Assembly: GCA_024137785.1 (NCBI GenBank)
Contig: JAHRHZ010000048.1
Location: 12,318,256 to 12,382,255, forward strand
From: Ginglymostoma cirratum
Lineage: Eukaryota
DNA: 64,000 bases
Reading direction: 5' to 3'
Positions 37,501-51,139 of the stretch are shown here, piece by piece (within the stretch, counting starts at the first letter, position 1; every line of letters begins with the position of its first letter). The notes under the pieces were generated by a model. That model worked only from the letters and a program-made list of their open reading frames with translations, did no database searches and was not told where the DNA came from. The position numbers and the translations under genes were made by a program.

Positions 37501-40500
37501 GAGGGTTTCACTCCGTAAGCCCCATTGAGTTTTCCTACAACATTCTCTGCTCCTTGCCCACGAACCGTGCCTCCGCAGCACTGTGCCTGCATTAGTTACA
37601 GCTTGTCAGTGGCACTGCTTCTGGAACTTTCTGGAATTCACACCAACATCACCATATTTAAAAACCAACCTGTCAAGAACAACTTGTCCAGAACTGCCAT
37701 TCATAATGTGCTGCTGAGCAGTTTTAAACGATATGGCTAAGAAAGGGAAGCTGGCGTCCTATTCGCCAACAGATATCCAGACTTCCTGGTGGATAGGGTG
37801 CTGTCGAAAAAGGTCATTCTCTTTCTCCAGGACCATCAGGAGACAACAGCACCAGACCCTTCCAGCCTCGTTAGAGTTACTACCTCAGTTAGTGTAATGT
37901 CCATGGTCCACGGGAATGTCTAGCAGTGCAGGAAGAAGGTTGATGACCGTCTGTACTCCTTGAGGAGAAGTGCCACCATCTTCTCTGTGCTACACCACAC
38001 CCACTCGAACTCTGCCACTTCATCCAACTCCCACCAAGGCTTGCGCCCTACTACTCTCACTATTGCCTGCAATATCTTCCCCCACTCGCTGTCATTCACA
38101 CCCCCGACACCCTAAATAGTAACCCTGCATACCCTCGGCACTTCCCACTCACTCACTCGGGACACCTCACCACCCCTCCCAGAGCACAAAAAGCTGTGCC
38201 AACCACTTTCATCTCCCTCAACTCCTCCCTTTGTCTCATTGCAGGAGAAAACAGCCAACAGCAGGGTGGAGAGAAACAAGATGGATGGTGAGGTGCCTGA
38301 CATACATCTCCTCATGATCTATAAGGAGACAATCCTTTTTGTAGCAGTAGAGGACAATGCCCACTCCCATGGTGAGGCGGAGAACTCTCAGTGCCAGTGA
38401 CTAAGTGAGATTCATCACCAGGTGCCGAGCTGCTCTCCCACTGCCACTTCTGTGAATGTATTCTTGACATGCAGACCTTCTACCTGATTTCACCACACAA
38501 CCCCTCTCTTGTCTTCTGGAGGCACCAACAGCATCTGTGTAGTCTCTACCCTGGAGGTGCAGCCCACTCCAGCCTCTTCCATCTCTGAGAACAAATATAC
38601 AGTCCATGTAGAGGACACACTGCCAAGATTGTTTCCTGTTCCCTCCATCAGCTCAGTTACTGACACTTCAGTGGGTACCTTAACTGGTCTAGAGTTGGGA
38701 GCACAATTTGATGAGCACATCACTGGCATTACTTGCTGAGGAAGTAACACCACACATCACTAGTACTTAGAGGGCTGCCAAAGACCGGGATCATACTTAG
38801 GCCCAGGCAGGATAGGACCCCATGGTATTGGCCATCATGGCTGCATTAAAATGTACAAATTGACACAGGACCAGGTTTGTCAAAGACTATTGGGAAATTG
38901 TGACACTGGTTAGCGAAGTCAACTAATGTCTGCACCATGCTGACTCCAAAATGTGAGCATCTGTCAACAAGTTGTAATGGTTGTAATGGAGACCCAGATC
39001 CAAAACTCTTAGAGTCTGTACACATAGAGCTGCATTCCATCATTGAAGCTCAGCACAAAGCAAGGCAACAGGAGAATGAGGGACCTTGATCCCACTCCTC
39101 ATGTGCCCCTTCCTCACAAGGAGATAGGGGGATGCCAGTGAGAGGAGGCACCAGAGATCCTATCTCAGGATACACCAGAAGGACCTGCCCTTCCACCTCC
39201 ACCTTTATTCCCCAACTGCGTGGAGGTTCAAGCCAAGGAAGGTAGACCTGCATCTGGAGTAGATACTTTCTGCATATCTGGGCCCTCTCTCCACAATGCC
39301 CCTGGGACTGCTCCAAGACATTGTGGGAGATTAAGGAGTAACAAAACCTTCTGAAGGCACAGTGGTCATGCTTCACAGAGTGAATCACAGGCTCAGGTTC
39401 TTAGTCTAGGTGATGCCCAAGTCTTCATGTATCGTTGTTCCTTGCCATCCTGGTCAAGCCCATTGGTTTGAATCATTCCCACATTCTTAGCCTACCCAGT
39501 AAGTTAACTTCTCATCTCTCCACTTCACTCCCTAAATGTCAGGCATACAACCTGATCATGCACCGTCGCTCCCATTGATGCCAGCGTGCTGGTGAACATT
39601 AATGATGTCCTCAGTCTCCCCCACTCCTGCTGTACTCCTTGACTTCCCATTCTTTGTTGACTTGCACTCTCATATGTTGAGTTGCCATGATTATTATCCC
39701 CCTCTACATCCTAGCATTCTGCCTCCAATCCCCACAACTGGCTTTCCCAGTATCCCCCACCTCAGCACTGACTCCTGATTTGACTTTTAGTGGGTAGACC
39801 CTGTGAGTCACTCCCAACCCTGATCAACTTGGAGAGACAGCCCTGACTGATGAGTGAGCAGACTCTTGACTGATTTCAGTGCAGCTCCCGGACTGACCTA
39901 CCACTAATCCCCTGGACTGGTTGAACTGAACCTGCAGAACTAACCATAGCCCACTCTAGATTGTACATGTACAGATCCCCTGACCCTGGATGCCCCAAGT
40001 ATGAACATGTCCAAGACCTGGACAAACAACAGATGCTACCCTTGACTTATTGTGCCAAAAACACCCCTAGGTGTAGGCAGTCTCTCTTGGCCTGACTGTA
40101 CACGCAGTGTGTTTATCACATAGCCTGCTGACACATGGTGTTGGTCTGGCATTGACACAGCACAGTGCAAACATCCACTTTCTTAACTCATTACTGCTGA
40201 CAGCCTTAGCAAGCTACCCAATTTTGTGCCTTCACCAAATAGCAAGGCAAGACCAAAATACTGCGAGAGTAAATTCTGTATGAAATGGCAAAGTCCAAAA
40301 TTGCAAGGCAGGGAAAGGCAGAGATGTTGTGAGCACCCAAGTAAGTGCAGAGTGGGTGAATGCTGAGAGAGCATGTGAGGAGCCCTGAGTTGTATCATAG
40401 TCCGATCCATGAATAGGATGTTTGAGTCCACGCACAAAGTGTCCTGGTACAGCATTAGAATGCAAGGACTCAGTGTCTCCATTGTGCGACATTGAAGTGG

Positions 40501-41245
40501 AGGGCTGTTTTGTAAGGGACGCAGAGAAGCCATGATGATGTGGCGATGCTAGTGCTGGTCTGATGCCATAACATATGGATGGGGATGCATGTGATCACTG
40601 CTCATGGAGTGTAACCATGCTGTCCATGATAAAGGTCCAGAGTAGCAAGCTGTGAGCTGGAGCTATCAGGAACCTGCTCTGGCTTCCATGTTGAGAATTG
40701 TCACATCTTTATTCAATCTGCATGTGGGAGAATAGGAAACTTCATACCAATGAGGTTCAATTCGGTTCTAACCACAAACTGATGCATGCAATTAGGCCTC
40801 TCGCCACTCACTTTGTCTTAAATTCTCTTTCTTAAATTTTTTTTGTTATATTTTGCGGAAGGACTCTTATTCTGAAATTTTTATTTTTTTTTCTAATTTA
40901 TTGTTATGACTTCATACTTTTGAAGGTCTGTAATGGTGGACTTTTTATTTCTTTATTTTTTAAATGTATTTTTTCCTCGGAATTTGTATTCAAGATTCTG
41001 TATCTAGGTACCTTGGTACCGAAAATGATGCCATAAATGTTGATGTTTCACCATGCTCATGTCAGTATATGTGACAGTAAAGCTAATTCAACTCAATAAT
41101 TCACTAGCAAGACTCTCAGTTTGCCTTTAAAAATCTGGTTGCAGAATTGGATTATTTTTCTTGATGTCTCATTTTTCCAATGTTGCCACATTTTCCCAAA
41201 CGGTTCCCCATGCCCACATCACTCAGGGGCCTGAAAAATTCAACC
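37500..41245 (-). mobile_element. PIF/Harbinger relic in reverse orientation; spliced Myb/SANT remnant on +
   Basis: MAKKGK... from ATG 37733, QCRKKVDD at 37924, acceptor ttgcag at 38244 then EKTANSRVERNKMDGEVPDIHLL, and PSISSVTDTSVG. Both ends resemble, in reverse complement, the ends of 44485-49330. Confidence 0.75.
40850..41097 (+). mobile_element. Rex1-tail non-coding element nested in Harbinger
   Basis: taggtacct...aaaatgatgcc...tttcacc...tgtgacagtaaa. Confidence 0.55.
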
Positions 41246-41284
41246 AGCAGCCTGTAACTCTGTAACACAGTAGGTGTTACTGTA

Positions 41285-41962
41285 ATATAGAAGAAGAATT
41301 TATTGCCACATGCACCTGAATGAGTGCAGTGCAGAAAGGTTTGTAATGTCGCCACTTTGGTGCCAGCTTAGGTACAGGATACCTAGGACAGATACTTAAG
41401 TGTTTGTTACAGAATTGAAAGAGTGAAAAAAATAGTCTAGCATGGGAATACAAAGATTTTAAAACTACTCAAATTACTCAAAGTCCAGAATAAGAATAAA
41501 AGTTTTCTTGACAAAAGTACTCAAATTACAATCCTTTTCACTGAGGCCGTGCCTGCCAGGCTTCAGAACTCAAGAATTTGCTGCCTCCTCACGCTGGCCT
41601 CCAGCCCAGGACCCACCTCCAGGACTCATCTTCAGGCCGGCCTGGTCTCGAACTGCCTCCTGACGCTGGCCTCCAGCCTAGGACCCACCTCCAGGACTGA
41701 TCTCCATGCTGACCTGGTCTCGAACTGCCTCCTCATGCTGGCCTCCAGCCCAGGGCCCACTTCCAGGGTTCACCTCCTGCGCCTGCCTGGTCTCGGACCC
41801 GCCTCCATTCTCCATTCTCTCCAGGTATGTTTAAGAAGTCAAAAGTTAAAAGATTGGGGTGGGCGTTGGGGGGTGGAGAAAAACTGCAGAAACGAGAGTG
41901 AAAAAGAAAGAAAATGGAAAAGGAACTAACGAAACAGAGGAGCTCCGGCTGGACCATCCTAC
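41285..41962 (-). mobile_element. Rex1-tail non-coding element with an internal 72-bp tandem array
   Basis: The reverse-strand tail reads catgtggcaataaa(ttc)n; 72-bp units start at 41581, 41653 and 41725. Confidence 0.7.
41581..41797 (+). repeat. Three 72-73 bp tandem repeats
   Basis: ctgcctcct.a.gctggcctccagcc.agg.ccac.tccagg...cctggtctcg.a occurs three times. Confidence 0.95.
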
Positions 41963-42392
41963 TGTGCTGTAAATCGTTATTGTTGCAAATAAACTCCAGA
42001 TATCTGACTCAAGAAGAACCTGCCTATCTGTGATATATGTTTTTTCACATGTATGTGTTTAACCATGAACAGCACCACTGTGTGTATGGTAATCACATCA
42101 CAGTTGATGATCCTGAAAGGAGATTGAGACTGTGCACTATCAGTGTTTAATTTAACAGAACATTTACTGACCCACAGGCAGGAATGACAAGGAGTAGTCA
42201 TTGGCATTTGGACAATGAGTATTGAGTGGTTGAGATGAAGTGTTAATCTAATTAACTGCAACAGCAGAAGACTACGAATTAGTTTTAAAGAAGCAAGTTG
42301 AAAAAATAAAGTAAACCATTACATCAATGCATAATGTTTGTGGTACATTCAGATTGAACTAGTTTTTTTGGGGTAGTGAACTTTTTTTTCCT

Positions 42393-42682
42393 ATAGAATC
42401 CCTACAGTGTGGAAACAGGCCTTCTTGCCCAACAAGTCCACACCAACACTCAAAGCATCCCACCCAGACTCAAACCCCTATTACCCACCTAATCTACACA
42501 TCCCTCAACACTACGGGCAATTTTCCATGGCTAATCCACCTAGCCTACACATCTTTGGACTCTGGGAGGAAACCCACACAGACAATGGGGAGAATGTGTA
42601 AACTCTACACAGACAGTTGCCCAAGGGTGGAATCGAGCCCGGGTCCCTGGTGCTGTGAGGCAGCATTGCCACCGTGTTGCCC
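42393..42682 (-). mobile_element. HE1-type tRNA SINE
   Basis: Typical HE1 body on the reverse strand. Confidence 0.9.
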
Positions 42683-42809
42683 ATTATTATAACAGAGGAA
42701 TGAACCATTCTTCCAGAATATGCTGCAAATTGTATCCTACTAGCTGGGTTTTAAATATCTTTGAACCTGCTGAAGGACAAATGTACTGCAGAATTGTGCA
42801 AAGCTGTGC

Positions 42810-43150
42810 CACACTGATCTGAAGATGATGTTCAAGTTCCACCCTTGAGATCTGAACGGATAACCTACTCTGGTACTTCACTTCCATTCTAATGGAGTGC
42901 AGCACTGTCAGAGGTGCAGTCTTTTGAACAAGATATTAAACTGAGGCTCTGTCTGCCTCCCCAATGTACATCAAAACTGCCATGATACTATTCAAACAAG
43001 AAGAGCAGAGATCTTCCCAATACTCTAGACAATATTTATTCTGCATCCCGAATGAGTGCATCAGATGTTCAGGTCATTATTGTGATATTGTTTGGTGGGG
43101 TCTTGCTACTGCATTTCTTACATTGCAACAATGTTGACGATCCAAACTGA
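42810..43150 (+). mobile_element. Deu-domain SINE (SacSINE1/AmnSINE-like)
   Basis: ggagtgcagcactgtcagaggtgcagtctttt...attaaactgaggctctgtctgcc...aagaagagcag...aatatttat. Confidence 0.75.
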
Positions 43151-44059
43151 TTTCATGTTCTGTAAAATTACAAAGGTTGCAATATTGTCACAATCCATTA
43201 TATGCAACCCTCAAGACTCCAGGGTCATTGCAAAAATTAAGCATTTAATAAAATCACCCAAAAACCCACAATACCTACCTGGCAAAATCAGAATAATAGA
43301 CTACCCCAGCCAGGTAGTGTGCTAACAAAAAAGTACTGTCTATTATAAATACCTTAATTCTAAGTACACACAAATAAAATATAACAAATGAACTTATCAA
43401 TTCATTAAATTAATCTCTACTTCTTAAACCCCTACACAAACATTCAGAGAGTCACAGATAAACAACAGAAAGATGCGATTGATGGAGGGAAATAAAGGAG
43501 AGCACAGTTCAATAGCACCAAATCAAATAATTCAACAAGGTGTTCTTTTGCTTCTTCCGAGTCCTTCTAACCTCTAATCTGTATCACTCCAAGTCACGCC
43601 ACTTATATACTGCAGGCACCAGGTGGCTCAGTAAATATTCAGTATCTCAGTCACTGTTTAGAAGCAGCAAATGGTGAGAAAGAATAGCTAGTGCTCTTCC
43701 AAATCTTTACTGTGTCTCTACATGGAGACAGAGGATGCCATCTTTTTAAGAGTCTGGATGCTTTCTGTCCCTGCAGTGTTCACAGACAGGCTGTCCACCA
43801 CCTCAGGATCAATCAGAGCATTGTTGCCATGTCGAGAACTCCTGACCCATACTACTGGTCCTGATTGAAAAACTAATCAACGGAATGTGACTGTGTAGAA
43901 CTGCCCGAAACACATATGCCAATGAGTTCAGCAATCCTCCCCCCTTGATCAATCCTTGATTGATCAAGGCCACAGTGTAAATGCAACTCTCAGTGAGTTC
44001 CAGTAACTTGTTTTAAAGCTGTAACATCTCCTTGCATAATTATCTTCTCCACCTCCTTC

Positions 44060-44210
44060 CCGTAAAGCATTGTGGGTCAACCCACAGCAGGAGGACTGCA
44101 GCGGTTCAAGAAGGCAGATCACCCCTACCTTCTCAAGGGCAACTAGGGATGGGCAAGAAATGCTGACCAGCCAGCAACACCCACATCCCACAAATTAATA
44201 GAAAAAAAAG
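44060..44210 (+). mobile_element. CR1/L2 LINE extreme 3' tail
   Basis: ggactgcagcggttcaagaaggcag...aagggcaactagggatgggcaagaaatgctg + poly-A. Confidence 0.85.
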
Positions 44211-44679
44211 TCCTTGGTTTAAAGCAACATCCATTCTTCATTTTGATCCATAATAAAAAAAAAAAGAGACAAATACAAAGAAATTCTCTTTACAAAATGA
44301 ATTCAAATTCCTGTTTCTTTCTTTGACTTCCTTCGGGGCCATTGTCTGGAAAAGTATGGAAGCAGGTCATCGTACTAATTTAAATAGGGAATAAATACAG
44401 AATTACATTAAGCAGTTTAATGAAAATTAAATTTATTAAGTTAGCTGCTTTTTTTAATCTTTTGCTACTAAAATGAAATTGTAGATCAGAATTTTCCAAG
44501 TTCTTGAATGACATGGGCAATGGTGAGCCAATGGAGAAAATGTAGTGAGATCAAAAACATGAGAATCTTGACATTGAGAAAAAAATGTCCAATTTTCCAG
44601 TCAAAATTGGAATGAGTGAGCTGACAATCTCATTAGTGAACAGCAAGGCACCCATCTGCGTATACTAACATCTCATTAC

Positions 44680-45600
44680 TGTTACAGAGAGAGGTTTGAA
44701 TCCCTCTGTTAATTAAACTGAAACACAAGCCCCCAGTCTGTTATGGTGGGAGTAGAGGTGCCCTTCTAATAATTAAACCCGAAACACCCAGAGAAGCTCA
44801 CCTTGCCTTTACAATCTATTAAAAAGAGTGGTTAAATGAAAGAAATCCCTGATATTCACTTTATAAGTAACAAGCGGCAATTTATTTATTTGACTCTAAC
44901 AGTGAACTAACTAACAGAAATACTAACAAACTGAATAATTCCCCCTTAACTACTAACTATTCCCTAACTGAACTAAAATTGACCAGTATGCTGTTCTAAT
45001 AGACACAAGTCCCACTTACATATACCCAAGTAAGCAGAAAATAAGTTAAAACTTAGTCTCTCAAAATCTACACACCTTTCTTCTGCTGTTCTCAAGTCAT
45101 AAATGCCTTTCCTCTGCTGATCCAACTGTCAAGGAAGTTTTCTCAGTGAAGTCTTCTGTGAGGACTGTTAGCTAGAAATGCCATGTTACCTTTTATGGAT
45201 AGGTATTACTCCCTTACAGAGCTTAACGATTTCTTTTGAGGGCTAGATGTTTATTTGTCAGGTGATGGGTTACTCTCACAACGACTTTCAAAAACCATCT
45301 CCTTGTATACCTTGGATGACATATCAATTATCTTACAATAGCATTGGCTTGAGGTTGCCAAAACCATCAGATTTAAATCCAATTGGCTTTCAATCACTAA
45401 GTGCTTGGTTTAAATTAAGTGGTTGATTCTAGCTAGTTGCCAAAACACCAAAACAAGCCTAAGGTTTCCAATCACACAGCCAATTGATATGTGTTTCAAT
45501 TTCAGAACTGGCTGTACACCCTTCAGTTGCTGAGACACATTTTCTATATAAATCTCTAAGCTCAGAAAAGCACTCTACCCCTTAAAGGAACCACACACTC
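44680..45600. mobile_element. LTR-like or unclassified insertion inside Harbinger
   Basis: Starts with TGTTAC and has a diverged duplicate start at 44740; Harbinger-type atctc(c)atta text lies on both sides. Confidence 0.35.
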
Positions 45601-46859
45601 ATCTCCATTATCATTTTTTAATGAACAAATTCTAGCTTCCTGCCTTCCAATTACCCTACACAGCATTACCTATCCTCACCTCATTTATATGCAATTTGCT
45701 ATTCCCCAACATGACACAATACCCATCATGAAAGTCAGATCAAAGCAGGATACCTGATGGCTCTGGGCCTCCATCTTGAACAACAGTCCGCAATATCTGT
45801 AGTGACCACCTGCACCACCTTCATCTGCTGAGGTTGGCATTAGACAGGTACCAGCCTCACCACATCATCACAGCATATGTCCAACTCCCTTAGAATGTAG
45901 CATTGACTTCAATAATGAATTTTGGAGTGCACCAGCACCCTACATTGTGATGTTCCTCCCAGGCCCATTCATACAAAGGGACCCATTCTACGTGTCTGAA
46001 TAGGATACCTCTCAGGGCTCTCCATCTACTTTCTTCATTCCGACTCACTTTGCACCTAGATGGACAATCCTAGCCTTGTTTTCCTTCACCTTGCCCATTT
46101 TGTGCTTTGCCATCTATTCAGAACTTTCTGGCTCACAGTACTTCTGCCTTGCATTGTTATTTATTGTAGATACAAAGCCAGGCAGCTTGTCATGGCTGAC
46201 AGCAGTATATCAGTCAGTTGCTGTTCAGCCCCTTTCTGAGTAAATATCATACCTGCAGCATATGGCAAACACTGCATGTTATTCGACCAAATGGCCATGA
46301 CTCAATGCCCAAGGGAAGTAACTCCTCAGTCAAGTCAAGGGAGTCTGTTATCAGTCAACAGATCCCAACGCAGCAACTTGGACTCTGTCAATTGGCTGCT
46401 TGAGGCAGTCGGGATCAAGGGTTCTGTGTCACTAGTGTCCAGGAAATGAGACACAATAAATCCTGAAGGTGCCGTTCAACCAGTCTGAGAAGCAGTAGGA
46501 CATCAGATGGGGACATGCATAGAGATCACTCAGGGATCTGGCCAATTGGTGAAACAGTTGTGGGGATTGCAGGAACACTGCTAGAATGTAGAAGGGACAA
46601 TAACTGTGAATGATAGAAACTGAACATATGGTGGTTGGAGATGATAGAGCTTGGGAGGGAATGGAAAACTGTGGGAGAGGGTGTTAACAGTGGTCACTAC
46701 CACCCTGGTTTTGATGGGGAGGTGTAGTGAGTAACAATGTTTGACATGAATAAGCTGTACATTGGGGGCTCAGGAGCTTAATAAAGTGGGGACGTGAGCT
46801 GTTAAATAAAAACATTGGCTGAGAATTTGAGGAAGATATATATATGTAATGATGGAGGA

Positions 46860-48030
46860 TGTCATAAATATCACAGATATAAGATAAGCAAGGTGCTAAT
46901 GGGAGGAAAAATCTTGTAATGGTCTCTATCAAAAGGGACAAAATATTTGACAAATCAATGGGACTAAAGGCAAATGACCTACCAGGACCAGATGGCCTCC
47001 ATCCAAGGGTTTTAAAGGAAGTGGTTGCAGAAATGATGCAGACATTCGTTGAAATATTCCAATACTCACTGGATTCCAGGAGAGTTCCAGCAGATTGGAA
47101 AACCACTAATGGAACAACCCTGGTCACAATGTGACAGAGACAGGAAACAGGACACCATAGGCCAGTAGCCTAACATCTATTAAAGGTTGTTATTAAGGAG
47201 AATATAACAGGACATTTAGAAAATACAATCAGAACTAACATGGTTTTGTGAAAGAGACAACATGTTTGACAAATTTCCATAAGTTCTTTGAGGCTCTATC
47301 AAACAGAATTGCTAAAGGGAAACTGGTAGCTGGAGTGTTTTTGAATTTCCAAAAGGCATTCCATAAGTGCAACATAAAATGCTATTGCATGGGATAAAAG
47401 CTCACAGTATTTGGGCTAATGTATTAGCATGGGGTGAGGATTGATAAGACACAGAAAACAGAGAGTCAGATAACCATGCCTTTTACAAGGTGGAGAGGTA
47501 TATCTGGTGGAGTATCATATGGCTCTGTTCTAAGGCCTCAAATATTTCTACCTATATTAAGGGCTTGGAGGAGGGGGCAGAGTGTAATGCATCCAAATTA
47601 TGCTGATAATACAAAAGTAGGTGAGAAGGCATGTTGTGACAGAGTCGCAACAAATCTGCAAGGGGACATGGATAGGGTGAGTGAGTGGACAAACACTTGG
47701 TAGATAAAGTTCAATGTTAGAAAGTGCGAGGTCATGTATTTTGGTATGAATAAGGAGACCCTCATTTGAAACCCGCAAGCAAAGAAAGTTCTGCTCTCAC
47801 AAGGGAGTAAATGTCTGGAAATCTCTACCTTAAGAGATTTGTTGAGCCTAGAAAAAATTTCAAGGGGAGGTAGATAAGTTTTTGAAATACTAAGAAGTTG
47901 AGGACTATGATAAGTTTGTATAAGGGAGTGGTTGAAGCCTGAGATAGATCTGTCACGATCTTGTTAAGTGGTGGGGCAGGCTTAAGGGATGCATAGCCCA
48001 CTCCTGCTCATATTACATATGTCTTCCTAT
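46860..48030 (+). mobile_element. Degenerate CR1 LINE ORF2 fragment nested in Harbinger
   Basis: PGPDGLHPRVLKEV...IFQ.SL...VPADWK; FQKAF; GGVSYGSVLRP...YADNTKVG...LQGDMDRVSEW..W. Confidence 0.92.
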
Positions 48031-51009
48031 TAAATGCTGACATCATGAGGCCCTGTTCTGTTTGAGGGTGACCAGGCACCTGTTGTACAACAGCCCTCTG
48101 AGCGCCAGAGCTCTAGGTCTTTCTTCTTCAGCCAACTGTGGAGATGTGGTGCTGATCTGCTCACTGAAATATGCTCCTGAGTGTAATTGCGCTGAGATAC
48201 CCATCAAGGTGCAAATATTTGAACTGGTGGAGGGTGCAGAAGACATCCTTGCTGACACATTTTCTGAGAGGTCTGTGTCTTCTTCCTCAGAGGTGGAGAA
48301 GGAAGTGTTGCTTGCATTGGCTGCTCTTATGAGGATGAAGACTGTGTGGATCCCACTAGGTGCTGCAGGACAAAAGAAAGGGAATGAGTAGCATATTCGG
48401 GGTAGAAACTTGGACATGTTACAAATGCATTCACAGTTGTGATAAAGGGAGTGTGGTGAAACAGCTTACTAAGAATCTTACTTGGTTGGCAGAACGTGGA
48501 GGTCTCAGCATTCCCACATATGCAGCCACAATTCTCTCCTGTGAACTCAAGGATGCTCTCCTCGTATGAGGTGGTAAGTTGAAGATCAGCCAGTCCACAA
48601 TCTGTCTTGGCACCCCATGTTTTATCGTGGGTCCATTTTCTCCTGCAGTGAGACAATGGGAGGCATTTAGTGAAATGAACATTAACAGCTGTACGGATGG
48701 ATGAAAGATATGGTGTCCTGGCTGAGTGGGTAGGAAGCACACAAGGCAGGAAGAGTTAACAGTTTAGGGGAATGGGGTGGATGAGAACCATTAAGGTGAA
48801 ATACTGGATGCAATAGTGGAAGTGGTAGACCAGAGCTTTGATGGGAATTTTGGGCTGGGGCTGTGTGAGACAGCAGAAAGACGATGGTGGCACTTATTCT
48901 GTGGAGTGCAGAGGTCATTACCCTTCTTACACTGATGAGCAATCCTCTGGATTGTGAAAACTGCATTGGTATAGTTGGCAACTTCAGACTAGGCTGGCTG
49001 GCTCTGGTGGCATGGCGTTGATTGTCAATTGGCAGGAAGAAGGATACCCTTCATTCCAAAACTCCATATGCCAGAAACCTCCAAGTCCCTGTCAACCAAT
49101 CAGGGTGCCAGCTTGGTTCTGTTGGCCATCTGCAAGGTGATTCTTCCTTTATTGCAACTTCTACCATAACTGAGTGCATGATAACACTAGTGTGGCACTG
49201 TAGAGGTGTGGCGCATACATAATGAGGTGAGCTGCAGAGAAATGTGTGAGAGAACTTGTTTGAGCTAATGGAGAGAAACCCCTATGGTACTCTCTGAAAT
49301 TGACTCTAAGTCTACTTATAAAATTTTTAGTCTATAGTCTTTGCAAAATACTTCACAACTAGTACGTGTTTACCACAGCTACATCTTTCTTGCTATCCAA
49401 CCCTTTTAATATCTCAGGACACTTCAAGCATAGTCAGCAGATTAACAGAAGGTAAGAAATTGTTTAATGTAGGTCAAAGTTCAAACAACTATATTGAATC
49501 AGAAGTATCATGTTTCTAAATGGTTCAGAGAATGTACTGGAGGAGATAAAGCATACTGCAAACCATACATGATGGTATCACCTTCATGAAATATTATAAC
49601 TGGGAACAGACGGGAGCATGACTGACATCACTGGAATAATTCTACACAATACAGTTTGCACTGAAAATTAATGCTTTATTTTGTTCTCGCAAGTGAAAAT
49701 AAATTCCTTACATAGGAGAAGTTGTGGGATATAATCGAAATCCTATTTGTAGGGCAGAACATAACTTGATTGTGAACTAGAAAGACAACAGTGTATGACA
49801 TAAAAAAATCACAACCAGAGAGCTGATAGTTACCTTTCATGCGTAACTTTTGTTAAGAATTCATTTGTGCATTTTGCTTTGCTTTTGCAAAGCTCATGTT
49901 TCCTTCCTTTAAAGCTAAGTGTTACAGATGACAAAACATACCAGAGTAGAGATTCCAGTTAATTTGATCTGATTAATAGACATATTGTGGACATAACAGA
50001 TTGTAAGAACGGGTAGAGATATGTTTCACTTGGATTGTAGCCCATTTAGTGCCCCATCCAATTTTCTGTTTTGTAGTTGTATTAATGCCTGACATTCTGC
50101 CCATTTGGAGATAATGGAATTAAAGTTAGCTGCCAGGGACATCATTTCGGCACCCAAGCAGTTTCCTTTCATTTGTGCAAGTATAAACTCACATTATGTC
50201 AGTGTCCAGGTCTGCTAAGGTATTCTTACAGAACTAGAAGAGGGAGATGAAATTGAAGAGGGAGAAAGACAGAGGTAGACAGACAGTGAGAAAGAAATTG
50301 AAGAAATCTCTGTAAATACTAAGCTCAGTCCAGTATAAGGCATGACTTACTTGTTTGAAACAAAAGGTTTATCTTCCTTTTTTTGGTAGGTATTAATACA
50401 TCATCATAGTGCATATCTACAATCTGTTATTAATAAGTTTGTATAAAATATGTTTTGAACAGAGAAAACCCCACCCCACAATAGTTCTTCTGTCAATTAA
50501 GAGCAATGCACAGAAGGTACCACGGCATAGTATTTTAAAAAGTCTCATCAACTCCTTTGGTTATCATAAAATACCATCTTCAGCTCCTCTGCTTATCTTC
50601 ATTGTTAACAGCTTGTAACCCGTTCTCCTCAGTTCTGTCCCACCATATCACCTAAAAGTGCAATTGAACATTGAAGAGTCTGATCATTTGGGAACAAGTT
50701 TCTCATTTGTCCAGCCATTAGCTGTCAAGATTACAGATAACTAAGGATATCAGTCACCCATGTAAACTTTCACAATGTTTTGATAGGATGAGGCAAGCCT
50801 GAAAATACAAAGTCAAGAGCCAAGATTCACAGCATTGAGGTGTGTTATACCTTTACATATTTTCAGACAATTAAAATTGACAATGTCCAATAGGTCAGAA
50901 TTGGAAGAGCACAGATATCTCAGATGGTCCTAGGCATTTTGGCAATCATGGAGAAAGGAAGGAGTGGGACAATAGAGGGACTCAGCAGCAAGGATCTGAT
51001 TATCGGGGC

Positions 51010-51135
51010 TAGTAAGAACTGCTGATGCTGGAGTTAGAGATAACACAGTGTGGAGCTGGAGGAACACAGCAGGCCAGGCAGCATCAGAGGAGCAGGGAAG
51101 TTGAGGTTTCGGTCGGGACCCTTCATTGGAAAATG
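51010..51135 (-). mobile_element. Penelope-derived terminal arm (decayed hammerhead)
   Basis: Same arm as 13376-13531 and 62683-62896. Confidence 0.75.
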
Positions 51136-51139
51136 GCTT

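Larger units (their letters stand above)
44485..49330 (+). mobile_element. PIF/Harbinger relic with nested insertions
   Basis: Plus-strand NWLL..../DQG word (GWLLGDKGY-like) at about 46390-46425. Minus-strand Myb exon-2/3 words THDKTWGAKTDCGLADLQLTTSYEE and SEEE...APSTSS. Termini are shared with the other Harbinger relics. Confidence 0.7.

Noticed and set aside
41549-41929. 126-aa repeat-protein ORF or CRISPR-like array
   Set aside because: A tandem repeat without unique spacers, inside a retroelement, in a vertebrate genome.
43188-44050. Possible LTR-like repeat
   Set aside because: It looks repeat-like, but I could not define termini, a TSD or a family.
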